61,952 bases of DNA from Candidatus Babelota bacterium. Lineage in GTDB: Bacteria > Babelota > Babeliae > Babelales > UASB340. Below, in pieces: positions 39,392-49,949 of this stretch (position 1 is its first letter; every line of letters starts with the position of its first letter). Under the pieces are notes generated by a model. That model made no database searches, was not told the DNA's origin, and saw only the letters and a list, made by a program, of their open reading frames with translations. The translations under genes were made by a program, and so were the position numbers. Location of the stretch: contig WJIY01000047.1 in NCBI GenBank assembly GCA_014730005.1, forward strand, positions 1 to 61,952, given 5' to 3'.

Positions 39392-40132
39392 ATGATAAAT
39401 TATAAAAATATTTTGTTGTTAACCCTCATTTTATGTTTACTTCCATCTATAAAAAAAACTTTTGCCATGGCAACAAATGAACCTCAATTTTTCAAAAAAA
39501 TTTCCCTACCTTTCTTTGATGATTTTTTAACTAAAATTCAATCTAATGAAGATGTTGCAAGAATATTTCCATCTATTACAGAAAAATTTTTATTTTTAAT
39601 AGATAAGATAACAATAACCAATATTCAATATGGATTTTGTTTGTTAATTGATGATTTAATAGATCAATATGATAATCCAAATATTGCGAATACAGAATTT
39701 ACAAAATCTGATACTTTTGCAAAAAGAATAAATGAACTGCATGAAAATGAAAAAAAAGTTCATATATCCTATTTAGAAAAACAACCAGACACACATCCTT
39801 ATAAAAAAATATCCCTAAATATTTACAATAAAACAGTATCAGAATTTGACAAAGTGCAAGAGAAACTAAAAAACTTTTCTTCTCAAACAATTAATAAATT
39901 TAAAAAATTCACAGTAAAAATAAGACTTGCTACTACAATTAAATATGGATTATACGAAGCAAATCATATTATAAAACAAATATTAATGTATGAAAATTTT
40001 GCATTTGCTTATAATATTTTTATAAATATTAACAATTGTAATACTGAAGATGAATTTAACATGTTCTTTGATAACCTGCTTAATACTTTTGATAAAGTAA
40101 ATTCAATCAATCCTTTCAAAAAAATAAAATAA
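39392..40132 (+). CDS. Secreted hypothetical protein
   Basis: RBS gagg; signal peptide ending ...FAM; helical orphan. Confidence 0.75.
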   Translation: MINYKNILLLTLILCLLPSIKKTFAMATNEPQFFKKISLPFFDDFLTKIQSNEDVARIFPSITEKFLFLIDKITITNIQYGFCLLIDDLIDQYDNPNIANTEFTKSDTFAKRINELHENEKKVHISYLEKQPDTHPYKKISLNIYNKTVSEFDKVQEKLKNFSSQTINKFKKFTVKIRLATTIKYGLYEANHIIKQILMYENFAFAYNIFININNCNTEDEFNMFFDNLLNTFDKVNSINPFKKIK

Positions 40133-40204
40133 ATTATCGCTTAAAAAAAGGCAAAAAATGAATATTTTTTGCCTTTTTTTAAGCGATAATTTATTTTATT
40201 TTTT
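40119..40204. terminator. 41-bp perfect inverted repeat (4-nt loop) spanning the stops of both convergent genes
   Basis: Arms 40119-40159 and 40164-40204 pair without mismatch. Confidence 0.8.
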
Positions 40205-41158
40205 GTTAAAAATCTCTTTTATCGTTGATAATGAACCCATAATTGCACTTGATTCGTAAGGCATTAAAATCATTTTTCCTTCTTTATCCTTCGTGATTTC
40301 AGGCAATGCCTTGATATAATTAAGTGCAATCATATATGGAAGAGGATCTGCTTTTGGAACAGCATTTTGAATTACTTTAATAGCCTCTGATTCTGCATTT
40401 GCTGTAATCAAACGTGCTTGTGCGTCTCCTTCAGCTCTGGTAATCTTTGCCATTTTAACACCTTCTGCTTCTAAAATAGCAGATTTTTTTTTACCCTCAG
40501 CTTCCAAAATCAAAGCACGACGATCTCGTTCTGCTCTCATTTGTTTTTCCATGGCATTACGAATATCATGTGGTGGATTTATTTCTTGTAATTCAACTCT
40601 ATTAATTTTCACACCCCATTTATCTGTTGCTTCATCTAAAATTTCACGCAACTTTTCATTAATCTGATCACGAGAAACTAAGGTTTCATCTAAATCCAAA
40701 GATCCTATAACATTACGTAAAGTTGTTTGAGTTAATTTTTCAATGGCTTGAGGAAGATTTGTAACTTCATAAACAGCTCTCATTGGATCCGTAATTTGAT
40801 AATAAAGCAATGCGTTAATTTCAATGGTAACATTATCCCTTGTAATAACATTTTGTTTAGGAAAATCATAAACCGCTTCTCGCATATCAACGCGTTCAAC
40901 ATATTGAGTATAGCGATATGGCCGTTTACCATAAGGATCTTCTTTCATAAAAGTCCATAATATTTTTCTTGGATAATCCAAAAATGGTAAAATAAAATGC
41001 AATCCAGGTTTTAAAATTGTATGAAATTTACCTAAACGTTCAACCATTATTACTTCAGATTGCCGCACAACATAAGTTGCTTTAGACAAAGTAACCAGTA
41101 CAAAAATAAACAAAATTCCAATAAATAGGAAAAAAAATCCCGAAAATACAGTCATCAT
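40196..41158 (-). CDS. SPFH/band 7 protein (QmcA-like)
   Basis: ERLGKF...PGLHF, VITRDNV, WGVKINRVE, AMEKQMRAER. Confidence 0.93.
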   Translation of the reverse strand: MMTVFSGFFFLFIGILFIFVLVTLSKATYVVRQSEVIMVERLGKFHTILKPGLHFILPFLDYPRKILWTFMKEDPYGKRPYRYTQYVERVDMREAVYDFPKQNVITRDNVTIEINALLYYQITDPMRAVYEVTNLPQAIEKLTQTTLRNVIGSLDLDETLVSRDQINEKLREILDEATDKWGVKINRVELQEINPPHDIRNAMEKQMRAERDRRALILEAEGKKKSAILEAEGVKMAKITRAEGDAQARLITANAESEAIKVIQNAVPKADPLPYMIALNYIKALPEITKDKEGKMILMPYESSAIMGSLSTIKEIFNKK

Positions 41159-41209
41159 TTGGACTCCTATATCTATAAAATCTACAAATTCTTACAACTG
41201 ATCTCAAAT

Positions 41210-41668
41210 TTATTTAACAATTAATTTACTACCTTTAACGCTAACAACCTCTATAACCATACCTATATCAAGAATAGAATTTTCTGAAGATTCAGCCAAC
41301 CAAGACTCACCTCCAATTTTAACCCTACCAAATTTATTAGGAAATATCTCTTTTATAACTATACCTTTTTTTCCTATCAAAGCATCAACATTAGTTTCTG
41401 CATCAACACTTTTGTTTTTTCTTGAAAAAAAATATCTCAAAACAAAAAATGAAAATATTGCAGATCCAAGTGCAATTATACATTGAAATGCAAAAGGATA
41501 AGCTAAAAAAGCAAATCCGGATGCAACTATAGAACCCATTGCAAATGCAATAAAAAAAAATAACCCTGGTGTACTAATTTCAGCAAATAAAAACAAAACT
41601 GCTAAAATTAACCAAAAATATCCTAAATAAATATAATTAATAAGCATTGAAAATTCCGGTAAATTCAT
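41210..41668 (-). CDS. NfeD-like C-terminal domain protein (YbbJ-like)
   Basis: N-terminal TMs, LIGKKG.V, GRVKIGGESWLA; partner of the SPFH gene. Confidence 0.9.
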   Translation of the reverse strand: MNLPEFSMLINYIYLGYFWLILAVLFLFAEISTPGLFFFIAFAMGSIVASGFAFLAYPFAFQCIIALGSAIFSFFVLRYFFSRKNKSVDAETNVDALIGKKGIVIKEIFPNKFGRVKIGGESWLAESSENSILDIGMVIEVVSVKGSKLIVK

Positions 41669-41713
41669 CAAGAAAACTTTAAAAAGATTAAATCCTTAGT
41701 TTCAATTATCATC

Positions 41714-42358
41714 TTACACTAAAAAGCTAAAACTTTCAACTAGAGGCCCGATTAAAGACTGCCATTGTTCATCTCGATGAATTCCAATTTCTAATAAAAG
41801 AGCTGGGGCAACAATCCCACATAAAGGTTTTAACGGTAAGCCGTATAATCCATAAAAATCAAAATTCTTACTATAAGATTCTATTGTCAATTTATCTTTT
41901 ATATATTTTCCATAAAATCTTGTTTGATGAATATTTTTAAAATGTGCTTGCCAAACAGGTATAAATACATATGGATCAAAATTTCTAGAACAAAAATCTG
42001 ACATTGGATCATAAACCAATTGGTATAAAAAAATCTTAGGTTTTAACTCTTCTTCACGATATAAATGTAAACTTAAATAAAAATCAATCCCCAATCTATT
42101 TGCAAAAGATGCAGACTCCCATGCAATTATTTCTTCACCAGGATAACGAGTTAAAATAACTTTTAATGAATATTCGTTTTGAAGTTCTTGTTGCAGCTTT
42201 TCTGCAAAATTAAAAGTTTGTGCTCTTTCAACTCCTTCCATTAATCTTCTTCCTGAATCTTTTGCATGTCCCGCAGGATTAATCATAACAATTGATGCAT
42301 TAATTTGAATTAAAATAAAATTACAAATAAATATCAAAATAAAAATTATCATTTTCAT
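41714..42358 (-). CDS. N-acetylmuramoyl-L-alanine amidase (Amidase_3-like)
   Basis: Signal peptide; NPAGH, E, LTR, AN, SLH, PALLLEIG. Confidence 0.75.
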   Translation of the reverse strand: MKMIIFILIFICNFILIQINASIVMINPAGHAKDSGRRLMEGVERAQTFNFAEKLQQELQNEYSLKVILTRYPGEEIIAWESASFANRLGIDFYLSLHLYREEELKPKIFLYQLVYDPMSDFCSRNFDPYVFIPVWQAHFKNIHQTRFYGKYIKDKLTIESYSKNFDFYGLYGLPLKPLCGIVAPALLLEIGIHRDEQWQSLIGPLVESFSFLV

Positions 42359-42543
42359 ATATCAAAAACTTTAAAAAGTTCTATAAGTAATAAAAAATAT
42401 CTAATAATTGAAAATATGATAAATGCAATGTACATTTTTTAATAACACAAATATAATCCTACGCTAACCGACCTCGTCAAAACTTCAATTACCTGTAAAC
42501 TTTGAATCATAAATAAATTATAAATATAAATTAGGATAAATAA

Positions 42544-45153
42544 ATGAATTCATTTGAAATTCGTCAAAAATTTTTAGATTTTTTTAAAAAAAATAATCAT
42601 ACAATTATTCCAAGCTCTTCTTTAATCCCAAAAAATGACCCATCATTACTTTTTACCAATGCAGGAATGAATCAATTTAAAAATGTTTTTTTGGGAAAAG
42701 AAAAAAGATCCTATAAAAATGCTGCATCAATTCAAAAATGTGTTAGAGCGGGAGGAAAACATAACGATTTAGATGAAGTTGGATTCACAAATAAACATTT
42801 AACATTTTTTGAAATGATGGGAAATTTTTCCTTCGGTGGATATTTTAAAGAGCAAACAATTAAATATGCTTGGCAATTTTTAATAAAAACATTAAAACTT
42901 CAATCTAAAAACCTTGTAATCAGTGTCTATAAAAAAGATAATCAAAGTTACAAAATCTGGAATGAAAAAATAAAAATACCTCCAGAAAAAATTTACAAAC
43001 TAGGCGAAAAAGATAATTTTTGGCAAATGGGTGAAACAGGACCTTGCGGTCCTTGCTCTGAAATTCATTTGGATTATGGGAAAAATATTGGATGTAAAAA
43101 ATCAAATTGTAACCCGTCATGCGATTGTGGAAGATTCATTGAAATTTGGAATTTAGTATTTATAGAGTTTGATCGTCAGGAAAACGGTGAGTTTTTACAG
43201 CTAAAACCAAAAGGAATCGACACCGGAATGGGCTTTGAACGCCTTTGCATGATTATGCAAAAAAAGAATACAATTTTTCAAATTGATACATTCGAAATTT
43301 TAATTAAAAAAATCGAAGAACTAACTAAAGTTTCTTACAAAAAATCTAATGATCAAATCAAAAGTGCATTTCACGTTCTTGCAGATCATGCACGATCAAC
43401 ATCAATGCTTATTGCCGATGGTATAATACCATCAAATGAAGGTCGCGGATATGTTTTAAGAAAAATTATTAGAAGAGCATCTCTTTTTTTACAAAAACTT
43501 TCTGATAATCACAAAATATTTGAAGCAATTGCTAACGAATTCATTTTATATTTTGGTCAAATTTATTCTGAACTTAAAAAAAATAAAAAATTTATATTGC
43601 AAACAATAGAAAACGAGGTAGAAAAATTTGCAACAAACCTAACTATAGGTAAAAATGTTTTAGAAAAGTATATTAAAAAAACTTTAGAACAAAATAAAAA
43701 AACTTTATCTGGTAAACAAATTTTCAAACTTTATGATACTTATGGTTTTCCTCCCGAAATTACAAGAGTTATTGCAAAAGAAAACAATCTCAATCTCGAT
43801 ATGCAAGGCTTTGAAAAAGAAATGAATAAACAAAAAGAACAATCCGGCAAAAAAATAAAAAGCAAAGAATTTAAGCTTGAAATTCCAGAAAAAATATCAA
43901 CAAAATTTGTAGGTTATGAAAAATTAGAAATTGAAACAAAAATAAATTTTATCAATTATCAAAATTCTTATATTTGGCTTATTACAAAGGAAACACCTTT
44001 TTATGTTGAAAGTGGGGGACAAGTTAGTGATCAAGGATGGTTAATTATTAACAATCATACTTATCCGATTTTAGACTTCTATAAAGTTGATACAACCATA
44101 AATCCCGCAATTGCTGTTAAAATTTCAATCAAAGAACTAAATGAAAAAATAAAAATAGGAACCAAAATAAAATGCGTTGTTGATTATTACAAAAGGATAA
44201 ACACACAAAAAAATCATACAGCAACACATTTATTACAAACGGCTTTAATTCAAATCTTGGGCACCCATGTTAAACAAGCTGGTTCATATGTTAATGATAC
44301 ATTGCTTAGGTTTGATTTCACAAACCCAAACAGTTTAACCAAAGATCAAATTAAAAAAATTGAAAACATTGTAAATCAAAAAATTCAAGAAGATATTGAA
44401 TTAAAAATATTCAATACAACTTTGAAGAAAGCACACCAAGCTGGAGTTAAGGCTTTTTTTGGCGAAAAATATAATCCTGAAAAAGTTCGTGTCGTTCAAA
44501 TTTCAGATTTTTCTGCAGAACTTTGCGGTGGAACACATGTTAAAAGAACAGGAGAAATTGGTTGTTTTAAAATAGAAAATGAACTTGCATTATCCTCAGG
44601 GATTAGGCGTATAAATGCAAAAACTGGTCCTGAAGCAATCAAGTTATTTCAACAAAATTTTAAAATTACAAAAAATTTATCCGAACATTTCAAAGTTGAA
44701 ATAAGCAATATTATCAACATGGTACAAAAACAAACACAAAACTTACAAGATGCATTAAATGAAATAAAAAATTTAAAAAAGAAATTATATTCTGTTCAAA
44801 TACCAATTTGGCAAAAAGAAGTAAATCTCATAGGAAAGATACCATTTTTATTTCTTGAACTTACTGATTTAAAAAGTAATGATGCAAAAAATATTTTTGA
44901 AAAAATCGAAAAAACTTCACCTGGTTTTTATTTTATAATTTCAAAAAATACTGAAAAACCAAATGTTATAAATTATTTTGCATATGTAAGTACTAAATGG
45001 CAACCACAAGTAGACCTTAAAGAATTCAATAAATTTTTAAAAGAAAAATTTGAATTCAAAGGTGGCGGGAATAAACAAATGATGCAAGGTGGCGGTATTC
45101 TACCTGACAAAGATATCAAAAAACAAATTCAAAATTGGATAAAAATTCTTTAA
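42544..45153 (+). CDS. alaS: Alanine--tRNA ligase
   Basis: LLFTNAGMNQFK, FFEMMGNFS, GPCGPCSE, HTATHLL, ELCGGTH. Confidence 0.98.
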   Translation: MNSFEIRQKFLDFFKKNNHTIIPSSSLIPKNDPSLLFTNAGMNQFKNVFLGKEKRSYKNAASIQKCVRAGGKHNDLDEVGFTNKHLTFFEMMGNFSFGGYFKEQTIKYAWQFLIKTLKLQSKNLVISVYKKDNQSYKIWNEKIKIPPEKIYKLGEKDNFWQMGETGPCGPCSEIHLDYGKNIGCKKSNCNPSCDCGRFIEIWNLVFIEFDRQENGEFLQLKPKGIDTGMGFERLCMIMQKKNTIFQIDTFEILIKKIEELTKVSYKKSNDQIKSAFHVLADHARSTSMLIADGIIPSNEGRGYVLRKIIRRASLFLQKLSDNHKIFEAIANEFILYFGQIYSELKKNKKFILQTIENEVEKFATNLTIGKNVLEKYIKKTLEQNKKTLSGKQIFKLYDTYGFPPEITRVIAKENNLNLDMQGFEKEMNKQKEQSGKKIKSKEFKLEIPEKISTKFVGYEKLEIETKINFINYQNSYIWLITKETPFYVESGGQVSDQGWLIINNHTYPILDFYKVDTTINPAIAVKISIKELNEKIKIGTKIKCVVDYYKRINTQKNHTATHLLQTALIQILGTHVKQAGSYVNDTLLRFDFTNPNSLTKDQIKKIENIVNQKIQEDIELKIFNTTLKKAHQAGVKAFFGEKYNPEKVRVVQISDFSAELCGGTHVKRTGEIGCFKIENELALSSGIRRINAKTGPEAIKLFQQNFKITKNLSEHFKVEISNIINMVQKQTQNLQDALNEIKNLKKKLYSVQIPIWQKEVNLIGKIPFLFLELTDLKSNDAKNIFEKIEKTSPGFYFIISKNTEKPNVINYFAYVSTKWQPQVDLKEFNKFLKEKFEFKGGGNKQMMQGGGILPDKDIKKQIQNWIKIL

Positions 45154-45168
45154 GATTTCTAATTTTTT

Positions 45169-45816
45169 TTATAAAAAATCTGTAAGTCCAACAATTTGCC
45201 CATTTTGAATTTGCCAGAATTGCTTAACTTTCTCCTTAATTTCTTTTCTTTTTCGTTTTTCGTCTTGATCACATTTACTAAAACGATCAAAAGCATAATT
45301 ATGTTTTATTCTAGCTGTTGATACATCATTTTTACTCAATTGTATTTTTTTGATTAAACAAAAAATTAACAATCTCCGGGTAACAATAAAAAATCGCGTA
45401 AAATACTTTGATTATTGTCTTTAAATTTAAGTTAGCTTTATTTTCAATTAAACATTTTAATACGGCCAAATTTCCATTTTTACAAGCTAAATGTGCAGGA
45501 ATTTAATCGTAGCAATTTTTAACATTTGTCTTTGCATCCAAATCTATTAAAAATTTACATAATTCTGTGTTTCCAGCAATTGCTGTACAATGTAGCAAGG
45601 GTAATTTATCTGATCGACAATTATTATTTTTTTTATATTTTTCATCAATTAAACTATCATTCATTATCATCTGTCTATTTAAAATTTTTTCACACAACCT
45701 ATTCAAATTTTTTTTATATTTAATAACTTTTTTATATAGTCTTCATTTGGTTGATTATCAATCTTCACACCTGCTTTTGTGAACGCAAATAAAAAGACAT
45801 AGTTAATTTTATTCAT
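45169..45816 (-). pseudogene. Decayed ankyrin-repeat gene
   Basis: RBS aagga + ATG 45816; LLHCTAIAGNTELCKFLI, then in-frame TAA (45503-45505), then IPAHLACKNGNLAVLKCLIENKAN, then YPEIVNFL; several frameshifts; 3' boundary approximate. Confidence 0.75.
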
Positions 45817-45898
45817 TGAAATCCTTATTTTTATAAGGTATAAAATTATTTTTTAGCGAAAAAATATAATATTTATCTCATTTTTAAAAAGGAAAATT

Positions 45899-47143
45899 TT
45901 GAAAAACTTTTGTAAATTTTTATTTTTAACTTTTTTGTTCATTTGTAAATCAAACATGAACTTTGCAATGCCAGAATTTGATTTTATAAATTTTGCTCAA
46001 ACTTTTTTTAATCAATATAAAGAATACGACAGTCAAAATAGTTCTAACTTATACCCAACTAATTTCATTTCCAAAGATGAATTTTTAACTACAATTGAAC
46101 AATTCAAAAATACAATGAATTCTTTTTTAGATGAAACAATGCAAACCAAGCTACAACAATTAGATAGTCAATATCATCCTTTCCACGAATATGTTCAAAA
46201 GCTTGAAGTCTCTGCAAACACAAATATAAAAGCAATTGGGGACATACATTCGAGTGCCCATTCATTAATAAGAAATATGCTGAGATGGATGGCTGAAAAA
46301 CATTTAAATAATGATTTTTCTGCGAACGGACCAATAATATTTACAGGAGACTATATCAGTAGAGGAAGATATGGTGCAGAAGTTTTATATTTAATTATGA
46401 AATTAAAAATAAAAAATCCTTATTCCGTCTTCCCAATAAAAGGCAATCATGAACTTCCATATCTTGCACAAAAGTTCGGATTCAAGAATGAAATTTCTCA
46501 AAAATACGGAAATGATGTTTTTGAAAAAATCATCGAAATTTTTAATTTATTGCCTAGTACTCTGTATTTAGTATGCAACACAAATACCATTAAATTCTGT
46601 CATGGAATAATACCTTTTGATAACAATAAAAAACCATTAATCCCAGAAACCATGATTAATGAATTAAGAAATTTTTCAACAAAATTAATTACTTTTAACA
46701 AAAATTTACATTTGGGAGAAATTTACGCAAGTCGTAAAGAAAAAGTCAAAAATTCATCAAAAGCACGTAACGAAGCAAATTTAATTACAATACCAATTGT
46801 TAAAAATTTGCTCGATTCTAGCAATTTAAAAACTTTAATTCGTGGCCATGACCATGCTTACTATTCAGTATTAGCTTCTGGAAAATATCCAATTTTTCAA
46901 CAAATTCCTTTAGCAACATATCCCGTATATACTTTGATGTCTTGTCCAGAAGGACAAGGAGATATATGTTATAGTGAAGGTTATATAACAATTGTAACAT
47001 CTGAATATTTTTTTGATTGGAACTTAATCCCTTATAATCAAATTTTAAACCCAAAACGCAACGAAAAATACGTCCATTTTTATAATAATATAAATCAAGA
47101 ATATGAATTTAGTTGGAACGAAAATCCTCAATTACATAATTAA
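45899..47143 (+). CDS. Secreted PPP-family (PP1/calcineurin-like) Ser/Thr phosphatase
   Basis: Signal peptide; GDIHS, GDYISRG, KGNHE, FCHG, IRGHD. Confidence 0.85.
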   Translation: MKNFCKFLFLTFLFICKSNMNFAMPEFDFINFAQTFFNQYKEYDSQNSSNLYPTNFISKDEFLTTIEQFKNTMNSFLDETMQTKLQQLDSQYHPFHEYVQKLEVSANTNIKAIGDIHSSAHSLIRNMLRWMAEKHLNNDFSANGPIIFTGDYISRGRYGAEVLYLIMKLKIKNPYSVFPIKGNHELPYLAQKFGFKNEISQKYGNDVFEKIIEIFNLLPSTLYLVCNTNTIKFCHGIIPFDNNKKPLIPETMINELRNFSTKLITFNKNLHLGEIYASRKEKVKNSSKARNEANLITIPIVKNLLDSSNLKTLIRGHDHAYYSVLASGKYPIFQQIPLATYPVYTLMSCPEGQGDICYSEGYITIVTSEYFFDWNLIPYNQILNPKRNEKYVHFYNNINQEYEFSWNENPQLHN

Positions 47144-47190
47144 AAAATACAAAAAATGTCTTTATCCTTATAAATTATAAATAAATGATT

Positions 47191-47229
47191 TTGCTTGTAA
47201 CTATATATTAAATATGTAGTTGCAAGCAA
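47191..47229. terminator. Hairpin between convergent phosphatase and clpB genes
   Basis: ttgcttgtaactatatatt / aatatgtagttgcaagcaa with two G:U pairs on the + strand. Confidence 0.6.
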
Positions 47230-47236
47230 TTTGAAA

Positions 47237-49795
47237 TTAATCTATTAAAATTTTATCCCCTTTTACATCAACAAAATATGTTTTTTTATTTGGATTTCGT
47301 AAAATCATACTAGCCAACTTATTTGTTACATAATGTTGGATTGCGCGTTTCAATGGTCGTGCACCAAATTCTTTGGAATATCCAAGATCGGCCAACTTTT
47401 TAATTGAATCATCTGTAAATTTAAGTTCAATATTTTTTTCTTGCATACGTTTTTTCAATTGTTTTATTTGTATTAAAACAATTTCTTGAACATCCGTTTT
47501 GGTCAATGATCTAAAGTAAATTGTTTCATCTATTCTATTTAAAAATTCAGGTCGGAAATGCTTATGTAATAAATTTTCAATTTCAGTTCTAACTCTTTGA
47601 TCAATCTCTCCAGCTTGCAAAATTAAGTCTGAACCGATATTTGATGTCATAATTACAATGCAATTTTTAAAAGAAACATATCGGCCTTGCGAATCTGTCA
47701 AATGTCCATCATCTAAAATTTGTAAAAATAAATTGAAAACATCTGGATGAGCTTTTTCAATTTCATCAAACAAAACAACTGAATAAGGATGCCTTCTAAC
47801 CTTTTCTGTTAATTGTCCTCCTTCTTCATATCCAACATAACCTGGAGGTGCGCCAATAAGTTTTGCAATAGAATGTTTTTCCATATATTCAGACATATCA
47901 ATTCTTATCATCTGATGTTCATCATTAAACAAATAATCCGCTAATGTTCTAGCTACTTCCGTTTTTCCAACACCCGTTGGTCCTAAAAATAAAAATGAAC
48001 CTATCGGTTTATTTGGATCTGCGATTCCAGTACGATGAACACGAATAGTATCTGCAATTTTTGTAATTGCTTCATTCTGGCCAACAACTCGTTGATGTAA
48101 AACTTTTTCCATATTGATTAGTTTTTCACTTTCATCTTCTTTTAACTTTTCAACAGGTATCTTAACCCACCTAGAAAGAACAGAAGCTATGTCTTGCTCA
48201 TCTACTTTCTCTTTAATCAGATTTGTATTTGCCTTTTTCAAAGCTTCTTGTTGCTTTTTTAATTCTTCTTCCAGTTTAACTAAAGTTCCATATTTAATTC
48301 GGGATGCGGTTGTAAAATCACCTTCTCTTTCAGCTTGAGCAAATGCAATATTTGCATTTTCAATTTTTTCTTTTATTTTTTGAATCTCTTCTAGAGGCTT
48401 TCTCTCTGCTTGCCAAAGTTCCAAAAATTTTCGATTTTCTTCTTTTAAGTTTGCAAGTTCTTTTTCTAATTCTTCTAATCTTTTTTTGGATTCCTCATCT
48501 TTCTCTTTTTCAAGTGCAACTTTTTCAATCTCTAATTGTCTTATTTTTCTCTCTAATTTATCCATCTCTTCAGGTTTTGAATCAATTGCCATTTTAACCA
48601 TCGATGCAGCTTCATCAACAAGATCAATAGCTTTATCAGGCAAAAACCGATCAGGAATCATTTTTGCTGCCAAATTTGCCGCCGCAACTAATGCTTGGTC
48701 TTTTATTCTAATTCCATGATGCATTTCATAGCGTTCTTTTAATCCTCTTAAAATTGAAATTGTATCCTCAATTGAAGGTTCATCTACTAAAACTTTTTGA
48801 AACCGTCTTTCAAGTGCTGCATCTTTTTCAATGTATTTTTTATATTCAACTGAAGTAGTAGCACCAATACAATGCAATACTCCTCGGGCAAGTGCAGGTT
48901 TTAACAAATTAGAAGCATCCATACCACCTTCCGCAGCACCTGCTCCAACTAACATATGCATTTCATCTATAAACAAAATAATTCTACCAGTTTCTTTTTC
49001 TATTGCTTTTAAAATTGATTTTAATCTTTCCTCAAACTCTCCACGAAACTTCGTTCCTGCAAGTAAAGCACCTAAATCTAAGGCTAAAATTTTACGATTT
49101 CTTAAACTTTCAGGAACATCCTGATTTATAATTCTTTGTGCTATACCTTCCACAATTGCAGTTTTACCAACACCAGGATCACCCACTAGCACTGGATTAT
49201 TTTTTGTTCTTCTAGATAAAATCTGAATAACTCTACGAATTTCAGCATCTCGACCAATAACATTATCTAATTTTCCTTCAGCAGCCATTTTAGTTAAATC
49301 ATGACAATATTTTTCTAAAACGCCATACTGTTGTTCAGCGCTTTTATCTTTAATAGTTACTCCTTTTCGTAAATTTTTTATCCAAGCCAAAACATTTGAT
49401 TGATTAAAATTGCTTTGTCTAAAAAAATCAATAATAGAATTAGACAATGTTTGAGTTTCTGAAAACGTCAAAAGACATGCATCTAAGCTAATAAAATCAT
49501 CATTAAGAGTTTTTGCTTTTTTTTCACATTCCTGTAAAAACTGCTGCAAAGAATAATCTGCTGTTGGTTCTCCCCCATGAATTTTTGCAATTTTATCTAA
49601 TTGTATTTCAACCAGTTGTTCCAAAAAACTCGTATCCACACCCAATTGGTTAAAACAAGATAAACAATAACTACTTTGCAAAGCTTGATTCAATAAATGC
49701 ACAGGTTGCAAGGTTGCATCATTTTGAGCTGATGCAAATGCAAAAGAATTTCGTATTAATTCCATAAACGAATTAGTAAATTTCTCAGAATTCAT
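47237..49795 (-). CDS. clpB: Disaggregase ClpB
   Basis: Two AAA+ domains (GDPGVGKT; GPTGVGKT) and a long coiled-coil middle domain. Confidence 0.96.
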   Translation of the reverse strand: MNSEKFTNSFMELIRNSFAFASAQNDATLQPVHLLNQALQSSYCLSCFNQLGVDTSFLEQLVEIQLDKIAKIHGGEPTADYSLQQFLQECEKKAKTLNDDFISLDACLLTFSETQTLSNSIIDFFRQSNFNQSNVLAWIKNLRKGVTIKDKSAEQQYGVLEKYCHDLTKMAAEGKLDNVIGRDAEIRRVIQILSRRTKNNPVLVGDPGVGKTAIVEGIAQRIINQDVPESLRNRKILALDLGALLAGTKFRGEFEERLKSILKAIEKETGRIILFIDEMHMLVGAGAAEGGMDASNLLKPALARGVLHCIGATTSVEYKKYIEKDAALERRFQKVLVDEPSIEDTISILRGLKERYEMHHGIRIKDQALVAAANLAAKMIPDRFLPDKAIDLVDEAASMVKMAIDSKPEEMDKLERKIRQLEIEKVALEKEKDEESKKRLEELEKELANLKEENRKFLELWQAERKPLEEIQKIKEKIENANIAFAQAEREGDFTTASRIKYGTLVKLEEELKKQQEALKKANTNLIKEKVDEQDIASVLSRWVKIPVEKLKEDESEKLINMEKVLHQRVVGQNEAITKIADTIRVHRTGIADPNKPIGSFLFLGPTGVGKTEVARTLADYLFNDEHQMIRIDMSEYMEKHSIAKLIGAPPGYVGYEEGGQLTEKVRRHPYSVVLFDEIEKAHPDVFNLFLQILDDGHLTDSQGRYVSFKNCIVIMTSNIGSDLILQAGEIDQRVRTEIENLLHKHFRPEFLNRIDETIYFRSLTKTDVQEIVLIQIKQLKKRMQEKNIELKFTDDSIKKLADLGYSKEFGARPLKRAIQHYVTNKLASMILRNPNKKTYFVDVKGDKILID

Positions 49796-49949
49796 TTTAA
49801 ACCTTCAATTTTTTAAAAAATCATTTATAAAATTTTATTTCATTATACAAAAGTATTTATATAGACATAAATTATTTTAATAATCAAGCTTAGGTAGTCA
49901 ATTTGCAAAAACTAATAAATAATTCAAAAATTTAAAGGAATTTAAGATT

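Noticed and set aside
42458-42487. cctacgcta...cctcgtcaaaacttc (and a GC-richer patch at about 8550-8586) as extra repeat copies
   Set aside because: Too degenerate to support without a profile search
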